Positions 48,450 to 58,764 are shown, numbered from the stretch's first letter. The stretch: 64,000 bases of DNA from a bacterium (GCA_965218885.1 OZ244713.1:2104638-2168637); one strand, 5' to 3'. The notes: a model not told the origin generated them from the letters alone. Numbers and translations: made by a program.

Positions 48450-50738
48450 TCACTCCTTCCGATCAATGGCCATCAGCAGAGTCGGCAGAAGCAGAAAATC
48501 GGCCAGGAGCGCGAAGATGATCGTGATCGACACCATCAGGCCGAGCGCCCTGCTGCCCTCGAATCCCGATAAGGCGAATACCAGGAAACCGAGCGTCAAG
48601 ACCGTGGTTGTCGTCCATAGCGCCTGGCCTACGATTCGAAAGGTGGCGCGCACGGCCTCGGGTGCTGCGAGGCCCATGCGTCGGGCATTGAGATATCGGC
48701 TCATGAAGTGAATCGTATCGTCCACGATGATACCGAATGCGATGGCGCTCATCACGGAGCCGGCGAGACCCACGCGACCAACCAGATAGCCCCACAGGCC
48801 GAAGGTCATGGCCGCGGGAATGAAGTTGGGCACGAGGCTGATGAGGCCCAGGCGGACGCTTTTGAAAACCAGGATCAGGAGGAAAGAGATGAGCAGCATG
48901 GCGATGATCGTGCCGCGCAGCATGCCGTGGATATTTCTCAGGGAAAGATGCGCGAAGATCATGGTGATGCCCGACGCCTCGTCCGCAAATTCGGGTATGT
49001 TGGCGCGGAGCCAGCCCTGTGCGCGCTCGTCGAAATCGCGCTGGTCCCGGGAGGAGAGGCTGCGAATCACGACGGTCATGCGCGTCGCGGATTTCGCGAC
49101 GTCGATGCGGTTGTTGAGGTCCATACCGAAGGGAAGCGAAAACTCAAAGAGCAGCAGATATTGCGCGGCGAGCCTGGGATCTTCAGGGATTTTATAAAAG
49201 GCCGGGTCGTCGCCGTGCATGTTCTTGTTCAGGCGCTTCATGATGTCCGAAAAAACCTGGACTTGAGTCACTTCGGTTTGTTTCCGGCACCATTCGGCGA
49301 ATGCCTCGACTTTTCTCAGGTATTCAGGCTCGGTGATGCCGCCTTCGCGCCCCGCTTTCAGCGTGTATTCCAGGAAATTGAGACCGGTCATGTTTTGGGT
49401 GATGAAATCCGTGTCGCGCCGGTATTGATAGCGTTTGTCGAAGTTGTGCGCCCACCTCTCGGTCAACTCGTTGCGGGGAATGCCGCTGATGAGAACGAGC
49501 GCCAGGATGGCGACGAACGAGAGCAGAAACGCGCGACGTTTGACCACAAAAGCGCCGAAGCGATCGAAGAAGGGGGATTTATCGGAGGGAATTCGGCGCG
49601 CGCGCAAGGGCAGAAGCGATAGCAGCGCCGGTAGCAGGGTCATCGAATAGATGAAGGCGCAGACCACGCCGAGCGCCACGAAATTGCCCAGGATGCGAAA
49701 GGGAGGCGAATCCGAGTAGTTCAGGCTGAGAAACCCTATGGCAGTCGTGAGCGAGGTCAGAAACACCGGCCAGGCGTTGCTGCGAAGCGATTCGGCAATC
49801 GCCTTATCCTTGTCCAACCCATGGCCCATGCCCAGCAGAGTGGTCGTGATGATGTGGACCGAGTGGGCGACGCATGTCGCCATGACGATGGTCGGTACAC
49901 CGGCGTTGGCGGGGCTGAACACCGTGCCGAGCCAGCCCGCGATTCCCATGGTGGTCGTGACGACGAACCCGATCACGACGATGATGGACACCGTGCCGAG
50001 AAGCGAGCGCAGGAGAAGGGTGGTGGTGGCGATGATCATGAGAAACGCGATTGGACCCAGGGTGACGAAATCATCGAAAGTCGCCTCGGCGAAGGCGCGG
50101 TTGAGGATCACGTCGCCGCTCATGTAGTAGGCGATGTCCGGGTGTTTCGTCCGGGCTTGCTTCAGAAGAGCGTTCAGATAGTCGCTTATCTTGAGGACCG
50201 CGGCGTCCATGTTGTCGGGCAGGATGAAACTAATCGCCAGCCCGCCCACGCGCTCGTCGCGGGAGACGAGACGTCCGGCCAGGTCGGCCGATTCAAGCGC
50301 GATTTTCCTGATTCGCGCGATGTCGGCATTGCTCAGCGAGCGCGCGTCGTCGACGAGCGGCTCGACGATCAATTCATCGCCCTGCGCACGGCTGTGCGTG
50401 TAATTCGTAAGGGAGTCGACCCGTCTGGAATGAGGCGTTCGCCAAGCGGCTTCCGTCAACTCCTCGAGCGCGCCGAGCGCCTCGCGGGTGAAAACCGATC
50501 CCTTTCGAGGAGCGATGGCGATGAACACCATGTTGGATGTGGAAAAAGTGTTCTCCAGGGCCTTGAAAGCGGCGAGTTGCGGATTGTCTTCGCCGAACAT
50601 GATGCGGTAATTGTTCGTGACGGTGATGAAGAGCGCGCCGACTCCCGTGACCAGCATGATCGATACGGCCAGCGCGACCACCGGCCACCGATAGCGAAGA
50701 ACGGCGTAGATGTAGCGATCCAATTGCACGGGAGTCAT
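48450..50738 (-). CDS. RND-superfamily MMPL-type exporter (COG1033-like). This is copy 2.
   Basis: 762 aa and collinear with copy 1. The 5' leader region is shared. Confidence 0.8.
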   Translation of the reverse strand: MTPVQLDRYIYAVLRYRWPVVALAVSIMLVTGVGALFITVTNNYRIMFGEDNPQLAAFKALENTFSTSNMVFIAIAPRKGSVFTREALGALEELTEAAWRTPHSRRVDSLTNYTHSRAQGDELIVEPLVDDARSLSNADIARIRKIALESADLAGRLVSRDERVGGLAISFILPDNMDAAVLKISDYLNALLKQARTKHPDIAYYMSGDVILNRAFAEATFDDFVTLGPIAFLMIIATTTLLLRSLLGTVSIIVVIGFVVTTTMGIAGWLGTVFSPANAGVPTIVMATCVAHSVHIITTTLLGMGHGLDKDKAIAESLRSNAWPVFLTSLTTAIGFLSLNYSDSPPFRILGNFVALGVVCAFIYSMTLLPALLSLLPLRARRIPSDKSPFFDRFGAFVVKRRAFLLSFVAILALVLISGIPRNELTERWAHNFDKRYQYRRDTDFITQNMTGLNFLEYTLKAGREGGITEPEYLRKVEAFAEWCRKQTEVTQVQVFSDIMKRLNKNMHGDDPAFYKIPEDPRLAAQYLLLFEFSLPFGMDLNNRIDVAKSATRMTVVIRSLSSRDQRDFDERAQGWLRANIPEFADEASGITMIFAHLSLRNIHGMLRGTIIAMLLISFLLILVFKSVRLGLISLVPNFIPAAMTFGLWGYLVGRVGLAGSVMSAIAFGIIVDDTIHFMSRYLNARRMGLAAPEAVRATFRIVGQALWTTTTVLTLGFLVFALSGFEGSRALGLMVSITIIFALLADFLLLPTLLMAIDRKE

Positions 50739-50972
50739 TGTCTTGCCATCACGGTTGAGTGCGGCGGCAGGTCACCGATTCGAGTCCACGACTCCCTCGC
50801 CGCGGCTTGGTTTTCTTCGGGTGATGGAGAGAGGCGCGCCAGAGTTCGAACTCGTTTTCTGGTATGAAACTTTGGAAACGCCCTCGTGGAACCACCTCTT
50901 CGTTCATCTGTTTCACTTCCGACGCAACTATCCAACCATACTATGAAAACATTTCGTTTTGCGAGGTTTTTT

Positions 50973-51683
50973 TCAGCCGATGCCCAGGTGGGTTTTTCTG
51001 ACTTCCTCGTTCGCCCACAATTCCCCCGGCGAGGATTCATGGACGACCTTTCCGTTCGCGATGACGCAAACCCTGTCCACCGTCTTGACGGCGAAGGCGG
51101 CGTTTTGCTCGACGAGCACGACGGCGAGTCCTTCGGCCTTGAGTGATTGTATGGCGTTTCCGATGTCCTGGATGATCATGGGCGCCAGCCCTTCGGAGGG
51201 CTCATCGAGAATGAGGCAACTCGGGTTGGTCATCAGGGCGCGGCCCACGGCCAGCATCTGTTGCTCGCCGCCCGAGAGGGAACCCGCCCGCTGGTTGGCT
51301 CGCTCCCCGAGACGGGGGAAGAGTTCGTAGACTTCCTTGAAATCCCAGCGATAGCCCACGTCGTGTTCCTGCTGGGCCACCAGTAGGTTTTCGCGCACCG
51401 AGAGGGTCGGGAACACGCGCCTTCCCTGCGGGCACAGGCCGATTCCCATTTTAGAGATGTCGAAGCTGCTTGTGGTGGTGATGTCTTCTCCCCGGAAATG
51501 GATGGCGCCCCGCCTCGGCGGCACGAAACCCATGATCGAGTTGATCAGCGTCGTCTTGCCCATGCCGTTTCTGCCGAGAATGCCCAGCGTCTCCCCCTCG
51601 TCGACGTGGATGCTCAAACCCTGTAGGACGTAGGAATCGCCGTAGTAGGTATGAATGTCGCTCACGCTCAGGAGGGCCGACAC
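50973..51683 (-). CDS. livF: Branched-chain amino acid ABC transporter ATP-binding protein LivF.
   Basis: Walker A GRNGMGKTT and the signature LSGGEQQMLAVGRAL. Confidence 0.85.
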   Translation of the reverse strand: MSALLSVSDIHTYYGDSYVLQGLSIHVDEGETLGILGRNGMGKTTLINSIMGFVPPRRGAIHFRGEDITTTSSFDISKMGIGLCPQGRRVFPTLSVRENLLVAQQEHDVGYRWDFKEVYELFPRLGERANQRAGSLSGGEQQMLAVGRALMTNPSCLILDEPSEGLAPMIIQDIGNAIQSLKAEGLAVVLVEQNAAFAVKTVDRVCVIANGKVVHESSPGELWANEEVRKTHLGIG

Positions 51684-51684
51684 G

Positions 51685-52443
51685 TCATTCCGCCTTTCCG
51701 AGGTAGATTTCCTGCACCTTGGGGTCGTTGCGGATGTCGTCGCTGGGCCCCTCGGCGAGAACCTCGCCGTAGTGTAGAACGCTGATGTGGGAGACGACCT
51801 CGAATATGACGTCCAGATCGTGCTCGATGATGAGAATGGCTATTTCCGGATCGAGTGATTTCAGGAAATTGGCCATCTCGTGGGATTCTCCCGTGGCCAG
51901 GCCGGCGGAGGGTTCGTCGAGAAGCAAAACCTTGGGGTCGCTCGCCAGGGCGAGGACGATTTCGAGTTGGCGCTGTTCTCCGTGGGAGAGGTTGCGGACT
52001 TCCTGGTCTCTCAAATGCCAGAAGTTGACATCGCTGAGCAGTTTTTCGGCTTTTTCATACACGTCCTTGTACATGAAGAGGGGTTTCAGCATCATCATCT
52101 TCATCTTCCGCAAGCCCTGCACGGCGAGCAGAACGTTCTCGAGCACGGTGAGCCTGGGAAACAGGCTGGTGATCTGAAAAGTGCGCGCCATGCCCAAGGC
52201 CACGCGCTTGTGGGTGGCCCACCCCGAGACATCCTGTCCGAAAAGGCGGATGCGGCCCGAGGTGAGTGGAAGCACGCCCGTTATCAGGTGAAACAAGGTG
52301 GTCTTCCCCGCTCCGTTCGGCCCCAGGATTCCCCGCCGCTCGCCGAGGCTCAGGCGCAGGTTCACGTCCTCGACGGCGTGGAGGCCGCCGAAATGCTTGG
52401 TGACGCTCTCCAGTTCCAGCCCTGGTTGCTGCCCGTTCGCCAA
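51685..52443 (-). CDS. livG: Branched-chain amino acid ABC transporter ATP-binding protein LivG.
   Basis: Walker A GPNGAGKTT and the signature LSHGEQRQLEIVLAL. Confidence 0.85.
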   Translation of the reverse strand: MANGQQPGLELESVTKHFGGLHAVEDVNLRLSLGERRGILGPNGAGKTTLFHLITGVLPLTSGRIRLFGQDVSGWATHKRVALGMARTFQITSLFPRLTVLENVLLAVQGLRKMKMMMLKPLFMYKDVYEKAEKLLSDVNFWHLRDQEVRNLSHGEQRQLEIVLALASDPKVLLLDEPSAGLATGESHEMANFLKSLDPEIAILIIEHDLDVIFEVVSHISVLHYGEVLAEGPSDDIRNDPKVQEIYLGKAE

Positions 52444-52526
52444 AATCTGGTTGCTCCTTCGAAAAGTCCGCTGGCGCGAATCCGCCGCCCGGGCTGGAGA
52501 GGTCCGGGCGGCGGGAACTTCGCCCT

Positions 52527-53780
52527 TTACTTACAATTCGTGCACGGCGGGAACTTCTTGCTGTACACGGGGTCCTTTAGGAAATCCTTCGCCGGCCACT
52601 TCCAGAACTGGCCCACGGCAGGATAGGTTTTAATCACGAGGTTCCAGAGCGAGTTCGCTTTCACGCCCAGACCCAGGCGATCGCCCTTCACGCGGGTCAC
52701 CCGGCGGATGTAGCTGTTGTGCACCGGGTTTCCGTAAGCGTCCAGATACACCGGTCCCCTGATGGCGTTGATGCGAATGGTCTTGAACGCCTTGAGGAAC
52801 GCATCGGTGTTCTCCGGCTTGTAGCCGATCTTCTTCAGCGTGAGGTCCACCCACTGGGCCGTGGTGTAGCAGGACTCCGAGTAGTAGGAGGCCATCTTCC
52901 CGTAGCGCTGCTGATACTCCTTGACGAACGCCTTGTTTTTGTCCGTCATGAGAGCGGCGCTGTACTGCGAGGCCGTCACGTAGCCGAGCGCCTCATCGCC
53001 CATGCTGGGGAGGATGAACTCGTCCGCGCTCGTCACGCCGCCGAGCATCGGCATCTTGAAGCCCGCGGCGCGGAACTGTTTCGGGAAGGCCAGGGACATG
53101 GGGCCGACCATCAGGGTGAAGATGGCGTCGGCGTCCTTGGGAATCTGCGGCAGATAGGGACCGAAATCCTTCGTGCCGAGTTTCGCCCATATCTTCTTGA
53201 CGACCTTGCCGCCGCGCGCCTCGAAGGCCTTGTGGAAGCCGCCCACGGTCTCGTAGCCGAACGCGTAGTCCGCGCCGATGGTGACCACGTTGCGGTAGCC
53301 CTGGTCGTACGCCCATTCTCCGAGGGGGTGGCTGTTCTGGCTGCTTGTGAAGCCGCTGCGCAGGAAATGCTTGAAGAGCTTGCGCTGGGTGAGGTCGTCC
53401 GCCGCCGGCACGGGCGAGATGTAGGGCACCTTGAAGCGGTTGGACACTGGCGCGAGCGCATAGCCTGTGCTGGCGAGCAGGCCGCCGATGAACATGTGCA
53501 CCTTGTCGCGCTTGATGAGCTTGAGCGCCTTGCGCACGTTCACGGCCGGCTTGCCGGTCGAGTCCTCTAGGATGAACTTGACGTCCAGGGGACCCATCTT
53601 GTTCTTCGAGTGCGCCATGTACATCTTAAAGCCGTTGCTCATGTCTTTGCCGATCTGGGCGAAGATGCCCGTCATCGGCGCGATGAACCCGATGCGAACC
53701 TCGGCGGCCTGGGCGCCGCCGAGACCGGCGGTAAAGGCGATGCCGAGTGCTGCGATGATGGTGATGAGTTTCCGTTTCAT
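52527..53780 (-). CDS. livK: Branched-chain amino acid (Leu/Ile/Val-type) ABC transporter substrate-binding protein.
   Basis: Signal peptide and type-I periplasmic binding fold. It lies between the permease and ATPase genes. Confidence 0.75.
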   Translation of the reverse strand: MKRKLITIIAALGIAFTAGLGGAQAAEVRIGFIAPMTGIFAQIGKDMSNGFKMYMAHSKNKMGPLDVKFILEDSTGKPAVNVRKALKLIKRDKVHMFIGGLLASTGYALAPVSNRFKVPYISPVPAADDLTQRKLFKHFLRSGFTSSQNSHPLGEWAYDQGYRNVVTIGADYAFGYETVGGFHKAFEARGGKVVKKIWAKLGTKDFGPYLPQIPKDADAIFTLMVGPMSLAFPKQFRAAGFKMPMLGGVTSADEFILPSMGDEALGYVTASQYSAALMTDKNKAFVKEYQQRYGKMASYYSESCYTTAQWVDLTLKKIGYKPENTDAFLKAFKTIRINAIRGPVYLDAYGNPVHNSYIRRVTRVKGDRLGLGVKANSLWNLVIKTYPAVGQFWKWPAKDFLKDPVYSKKFPPCTNCK

Positions 53781-53828
53781 GTTTTTCCCTCCTTCATTTC
53801 GTTTAGGAGACGCGGGGCCGCTCCGTCC

Positions 53829-54854
53829 TCAACCCTCCGGGGTTTCAGGCGGGGCGGCGGGTTTGCGGAACTTGCCGAACAATCCGAGAATTCCCTCGAC
53901 GCCGTAGAGGCGTCCCAACATGATGGTGATGATGTAGATGGCGCCCAGAATCAGCGGCCAGCGCTCCACGTAGATGCTGATGAATTGTTGCAGCGATCGG
54001 ATGATCGCCGAGCCGATCACCGGGCCGATCAGGGTGGCGGGCCCTCCCAGCGCCACCATGAAGAGCGCCTCGGCCGAGGTGATGAGTTCGATGTCCGGTG
54101 GACTCACGAAGAGGTTGAACAGCGTCCACATCACGCCAGAAACGCCGCTGAACACCCCTGCGATGATGAACGCGAGGTATTTGTGGAGCCAGATGTTGTA
54201 GCCGAGCATCTCCATGCGCTCCTCGCGCTCCCTGATGCCGACCAGCGTTTTTCCGAAGGGGCTTCTCACGAACAAATACATCAGCCCCAGGCAGATGAGA
54301 AACACCGCGAGTGTGAAATAGAAGAACGGAATTTCCGATTCCAGCGATATGCCGAACAGAGACGGTCTCCCCAGGACGTTGATGCCGTTGTCTCCTTCCG
54401 TCACGGCGCTCCAGCGATAGGCCAGACCCCAGACGACCATGGCGAGAGAGAGGGTGATCATCAGAAAATACACGCCCACGGCGCGTATGGCCAGAAAACC
54501 GAAGAACGCGGCGAAGGCCATGGCCACGATCAGCGCGAATATGAAGATGTAGAAAAGGCCCAGCCCCAACGAGTTTGTCCACTGGAAGGCGGCGTAGGTC
54601 CACGTCCAGTCTTCTTTCGTCATGATGATGGCCGTGGTGTAGGAGGCGACCCCGAAATAGGCGGCGTGTCCCAGAGAGGCCAGCCCGGTGAAACCCAGGA
54701 GAAGGTCGAGGCTCATGGCCAGGATGCCGAAGACGAGGATCTCCGTCACCAGGCTCTGCATGAAGAGGTCGAGAAACGGCGTGAAGACGCCGAGCGCGAC
54801 GAAGGCGCCCAGCACGATGAGCACCCTTCTTTTCTCCGCCAGATTCTCCGCCAA
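53829..54854 (-). CDS. livM: Branched-chain amino acid ABC transporter permease LivM.
   Basis: 341 aa, multi-TM, LivM-like. Confidence 0.8.
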   Translation of the reverse strand: MAENLAEKRRVLIVLGAFVALGVFTPFLDLFMQSLVTEILVFGILAMSLDLLLGFTGLASLGHAAYFGVASYTTAIIMTKEDWTWTYAAFQWTNSLGLGLFYIFIFALIVAMAFAAFFGFLAIRAVGVYFLMITLSLAMVVWGLAYRWSAVTEGDNGINVLGRPSLFGISLESEIPFFYFTLAVFLICLGLMYLFVRSPFGKTLVGIREREERMEMLGYNIWLHKYLAFIIAGVFSGVSGVMWTLFNLFVSPPDIELITSAEALFMVALGGPATLIGPVIGSAIIRSLQQFISIYVERWPLILGAIYIITIMLGRLYGVEGILGLFGKFRKPAAPPETPEG

Positions 54855-54857
54855 GGT

Positions 54858-55955
54858 TTAACCCTTTCCGAACAGGCCGGTCGGCTTGATCGCCAGAATG
54901 ATGGCCATGGGCGCGAAGAGCGCGAAATAGGAGAGTTCGGGAAACAGCGCGGTCCCGAAGTTCTCGATGAAGCCGACCACGATGCTGCCGAGGACGGCGC
55001 CGCCCAGGCTGCCGAGACCCCCGATGATCACTACGGCGAACGCATAGGGGAGTATCTCGAAATCGAGCCCCGGGTAGACGCCGAAGAACGCGCCGCCCAC
55101 CACGCCGCCCGTGGCGGCCAGCATCGCCCCGATGGCGAATATCGCCATTTGCACGACGTTGGTGTTGATGCCGATGCCGCGCGCCATCTCGGGGTCGTCC
55201 ACCGCCGCGCGCATGATGGCGCCGAGACGGGTGCGCTCTATCCCCAGGAACAGGGCCACGGCCACCAAGACGGCGATGAAGATCATGAAGGCGCGGTACT
55301 GCGGCAGCGACAGGCCCCAGACGACGGCGCTGTAGTTGAGGGGCCAGGGTTGTTTGAGCATGAAGTTGTCCCCGCCCCAGGTGTAAAGCGAGCCGTCTTG
55401 TAAGATGAAGGCGAAGCCGATGGTCACCAGCACCTGCGCGAGCGTGTCCTGCCCGAGAAGGCGTAGGAAAAATCGTTCGATGAACATCCCGCACAGCGCC
55501 GCGATGGAAAGCGCGACGGCGATGGCGGCTATCATCCCTGCGAAGTTGATCCTGTCGACCGGCTTGATGGGCACGTGCGGGAAGAAGAGTTCGAAGAATT
55601 TAAAGCCCCATATCAGGCTGCTCAGGGCTTCCAAGACGATATAGGTCAGCAGGAGCGCCAACGCGGCGTGTCTGGGAGCGATGTATCCCGTGAGTCCCCG
55701 CCATGCGAGATACAGCAGGGCCCACGAAATGAGTTGGATGATTCGCGGCATCAGGCTCAGGGAGCCGAAAATGATGTTGTAGAATTCCAGGGCGAGATAG
55801 CCGGCGAAGAGGAAAAAAGCGGCGTGCGCGAGGTTCACGATGCGCATCACGCCGAAGATGAGCGAGAGTCCGCTTGCGAGGAGAAAAAGAATCGCGGCGT
55901 AGGAGAGGGAATTATAGCTGAGAACGAGGATGTTCGTGAAACTCAGAGTGGTCAT
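54858..55955 (-). CDS. livH: Branched-chain amino acid ABC transporter permease LivH.
   Basis: 365 aa, multi-TM, LivH-like. Confidence 0.8.
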   Translation of the reverse strand: MTTLSFTNILVLSYNSLSYAAILFLLASGLSLIFGVMRIVNLAHAAFFLFAGYLALEFYNIIFGSLSLMPRIIQLISWALLYLAWRGLTGYIAPRHAALALLLTYIVLEALSSLIWGFKFFELFFPHVPIKPVDRINFAGMIAAIAVALSIAALCGMFIERFFLRLLGQDTLAQVLVTIGFAFILQDGSLYTWGGDNFMLKQPWPLNYSAVVWGLSLPQYRAFMIFIAVLVAVALFLGIERTRLGAIMRAAVDDPEMARGIGINTNVVQMAIFAIGAMLAATGGVVGGAFFGVYPGLDFEILPYAFAVVIIGGLGSLGGAVLGSIVVGFIENFGTALFPELSYFALFAPMAIILAIKPTGLFGKG

Positions 55956-56250
55956 GCAAGTCTCTCTTTTGTCCGGGAATGGCGCGTCGCGCGATCAAAC
56001 GCCACCTCGCGTCACCGGGTCGTCAAGCCGCGTGAGAACCGAGATGAAATATGACCCTGAATCCTTCATTATGTTCACGATTCCAGGTGTGGGTCAAGTT
56101 GACGGGAAACGGGTTTTTTCAGGCTTCCTCCTTTTTCGCTGGCGAAAATTCGCGCGGAAAGATAGAGTTCGTAATGTCGAGTTTCTCCATTTTACGACTA
56201 TGGACGATGCGCGTTTCGTATCTGTTAAGGTGATATTTCACTCCGGTTAA

Positions 56251-57519
56251 ATGGTCATGAGCGCCGAGATTACGAACGATAGAATTTTTAGGAACGCCAG
56301 AATCGACTTAGGGGGACCCTTGGTGGATTTGTGCGTCGCCGGAGGCCGGTTTTCGGGAATATCGCCTGGAATCGAGAACGATGCCGGCTGCGAGGAGATC
56401 GACCTGGGCGCACGCGTCGTGTTGCCCGCGTTCGTGGAGAGCCATATTCATCTGGACAAGGCGTTTTTGGAAGAGCGTGAGCCCAATCTTTCCGGCACGC
56501 TCGAGGACGCCATATCCATCACGCTCGCCCTGAAAAAAAGTGTCACGAAACAAGACATGATGGAGCGCGCCGAGCGCGCGCTTCGCATGGCCATCCGGCA
56601 CGGCGCCACCTGGTTTCGCGCGCAGGTGGAGGTCGACCCCATCGTCGGACTGAAGGGGGTGGAAGTCGCCCTGGCGCTCAAGGAAAAATACGCCGGTCTG
56701 GCGGATTTTCAATTCGTTATTTTTCCGCAGGAGGGCATCGAGCAGCAGCCGGGAACGGAGGATTTGATGCGCGAGGCCATGCGGATGGGCGGGGACCTGG
56801 TGGGCGGAATCCCGTATAACGACCTGGACGCCGAGCGGCATCTGGATATCGTTTTCGCGATGGCCGAGGCGTTTGGCTGCGGCCTGGATTTTCATCTCGA
56901 TTTCGCGGACGACCCGCGGGTAAGGAACATCGAATCCGTGGCCGCCCGCACGATGGCCGCCGGTTTGCAGGGCAGGGTGGCCGTGGGGCATCTCACTTCC
57001 CCGGGCGCCATGTCGCGGGATGAGGCCGCGCCGGTCATCGAGAAGATTCTGGAGGCGGGCATCTCCGTCCTGCCCTTGCCGGCGACGGATTTGTTCCTGG
57101 GCGGCAGGGGAGAGGAGCCGCCTCGCTTCAGGAGTCTCGCCCCCGTGAAGGACTTACTCAATGCGGGCGTCAACGTGGCCATTTCATCGAACAACATCCG
57201 GAACGCCTTTACGCCCTCGGGTCGCGGTGATTTGCTCGAAATCGGCCTTCTCCTCGCCCATGTGCTCCACATGAGCGGCGCATCGGATAGGGCTGTGGTT
57301 CCCCAGCTTTTCACGACCAACGGCGCAAAGGCGTTGGGGGTGGAGGATAGTTACGGCCTGCGGCCCGGCTGCTCGGCCGATTTCGTGGTACTCGATTCTC
57401 GGAATTTCGACGACGTTCTCATCGATCAGCCCGAGAAGAGATTCGTGGTGAAGGGCGGGCGTCCCATCGTGGAGAACGTCGCGGAGACGACCTGGCGGGA
57501 GATGGCTGGATGGGCGTGA
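56251..57519 (+). CDS. Amidohydrolase-superfamily enzyme (cytosine deaminase/CodA-like, AtzC-like subgroup).
   Basis: It has HIHLD metal-binding motif 1 and downstream His/Asp ligands. Its stop overlaps the start of the next gene. Confidence 0.65.
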   Translation: MVMSAEITNDRIFRNARIDLGGPLVDLCVAGGRFSGISPGIENDAGCEEIDLGARVVLPAFVESHIHLDKAFLEEREPNLSGTLEDAISITLALKKSVTKQDMMERAERALRMAIRHGATWFRAQVEVDPIVGLKGVEVALALKEKYAGLADFQFVIFPQEGIEQQPGTEDLMREAMRMGGDLVGGIPYNDLDAERHLDIVFAMAEAFGCGLDFHLDFADDPRVRNIESVAARTMAAGLQGRVAVGHLTSPGAMSRDEAAPVIEKILEAGISVLPLPATDLFLGGRGEEPPRFRSLAPVKDLLNAGVNVAISSNNIRNAFTPSGRGDLLEIGLLLAHVLHMSGASDRAVVPQLFTTNGAKALGVEDSYGLRPGCSADFVVLDSRNFDDVLIDQPEKRFVVKGGRPIVENVAETTWREMAGWA

Positions 57520-58760
57520 TCACGGACGCGAACACGGAGGCGCTCTCGCGCATCACCGAAGCGGAACCCGTTTTGGTGGACGTGCGCCCGGCGGGGGAGA
57601 TGATACCGGGTTTGGAGGATGGTGTTCTCCTGCATGCAGGCCCCCCGATCGAGTGGGAGCGGATGTGCGGTCCCCTGCGCGGAGCCGTCGCGGGAGCGGC
57701 CGTTCTGGAAGGCTGGGCGGATGATTTGACCTCAGGCGAAGCCCTCGCCGCCTCGGGCGGTGTCGTGTTCCACCCGAATCATCATTTCGACGCCGTAGGT
57801 CCCATGACGGGCATCACCACGCGCTCGATGCCGGTGATGATCGTGGAGAACAGAAAATTCGGGAACCGGGCGTACTGCGCCCTGAATGAAGGCTTGGGGA
57901 AGGTGATGCGCTTCGGCGGAAACGACGAAGAGGTGCTGAACCGGCTTCGCTGGCTGGCGGAGCGCCTGGCGCCCGCGCTCTCAGGCGCCCTCCAGGCCAT
58001 AGGGGGCATGCCGCTCAAGAGCATCATCGCGCGGGGGCTTTCGATGGGGGATGAAATGCACCAGCGCAACGTGGCCTGCACGAGTCTCTTCATGCGCGAG
58101 GCGGCTCCTGCGCTGGCGCGCGTCGTGAGGGAAAGCGGGGCGCTGGAGGAGGTTTTGTCCTTCATCGGCGGAAATGATCAGTTTTTCCTGAACGTCGCGA
58201 TGGCTACCGGGAAGGCGGTGATGGACCCGGTGCGCGATATCGAGGCATCGAGTGTCGTCACGGCGATGTGTCGCAATGGAACGGACTTCGGCATTCGAGT
58301 AAGCGCGACGGGGGATGAGTGGTTCACGGCGCCGGTGGAGATGCCCGAGGGGTTGTATTTCCCCGGCTTCGGCGAGGACGACGCCAATCCGGACATGGGT
58401 GATTCCACGATCATCGAGACGATGGGACTGGGGGGATTCGCCATGGCCGCGGCTCCCGCCGTCGTCGGGTTCGTAGGCGCGGGCAGTGCGGCGGACGCGC
58501 TGAACTACTCCCGCGCCATGTATGAGATTACCCAGGGCCGAAACCCCGAGTGGACGATTCCCGCTCTTGATTTTCAGGGGGTTCCCACGGGCATCGACAT
58601 CACGAAGGTGGTGAAACTCGGCGTCACGCCCGTCATCAACACAGGCATCGCGCACAAAGAACCAGGCGTCGGCCAGGTTGGCGCGGGTGTGGTTCGCGCG
58701 CCGCTCGCCTGTTTCGAGCAGGCCCTGGAAGCCTATGGGGAGAAGATGGGCGTTGCCTGA
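57510..58760 (+). CDS. ylbE: DUF1116-family protein (YlbE-like; in E. coli a component of the oxamate carbamoyltransferase system).
   Basis: It aligns strongly with E. coli YlbE. LHAGPPIEWERMCGPLRGAVAGAAVLEGWA matches LHAGPPMRWQEMTGPMKGACVGACLFEGWA, and HHFDAVGPMTGITTRSMPVMIVENRKFGNRAYCALNEGLGKVMRFG matches HHVNAVGPMGGITSASMPMLVVENVTDGNRAYCNLNEGIGKVMRFG. Confidence 0.8.
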   Translation: MGVITDANTEALSRITEAEPVLVDVRPAGEMIPGLEDGVLLHAGPPIEWERMCGPLRGAVAGAAVLEGWADDLTSGEALAASGGVVFHPNHHFDAVGPMTGITTRSMPVMIVENRKFGNRAYCALNEGLGKVMRFGGNDEEVLNRLRWLAERLAPALSGALQAIGGMPLKSIIARGLSMGDEMHQRNVACTSLFMREAAPALARVVRESGALEEVLSFIGGNDQFFLNVAMATGKAVMDPVRDIEASSVVTAMCRNGTDFGIRVSATGDEWFTAPVEMPEGLYFPGFGEDDANPDMGDSTIIETMGLGGFAMAAAPAVVGFVGAGSAADALNYSRAMYEITQGRNPEWTIPALDFQGVPTGIDITKVVKLGVTPVINTGIAHKEPGVGQVGAGVVRAPLACFEQALEAYGEKMGVA

Positions 58761-58764
58761 GCCC

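Noticed and set aside
53610-55494. Long ORFs (597 aa on the plus strand, 549 aa on the minus strand) across the livM/livH region.
   Set aside because: They lie out of frame or antisense relative to the LivM/LivH permeases and are low-complexity Arg/Gly/His-rich translations typical of GC-rich DNA.
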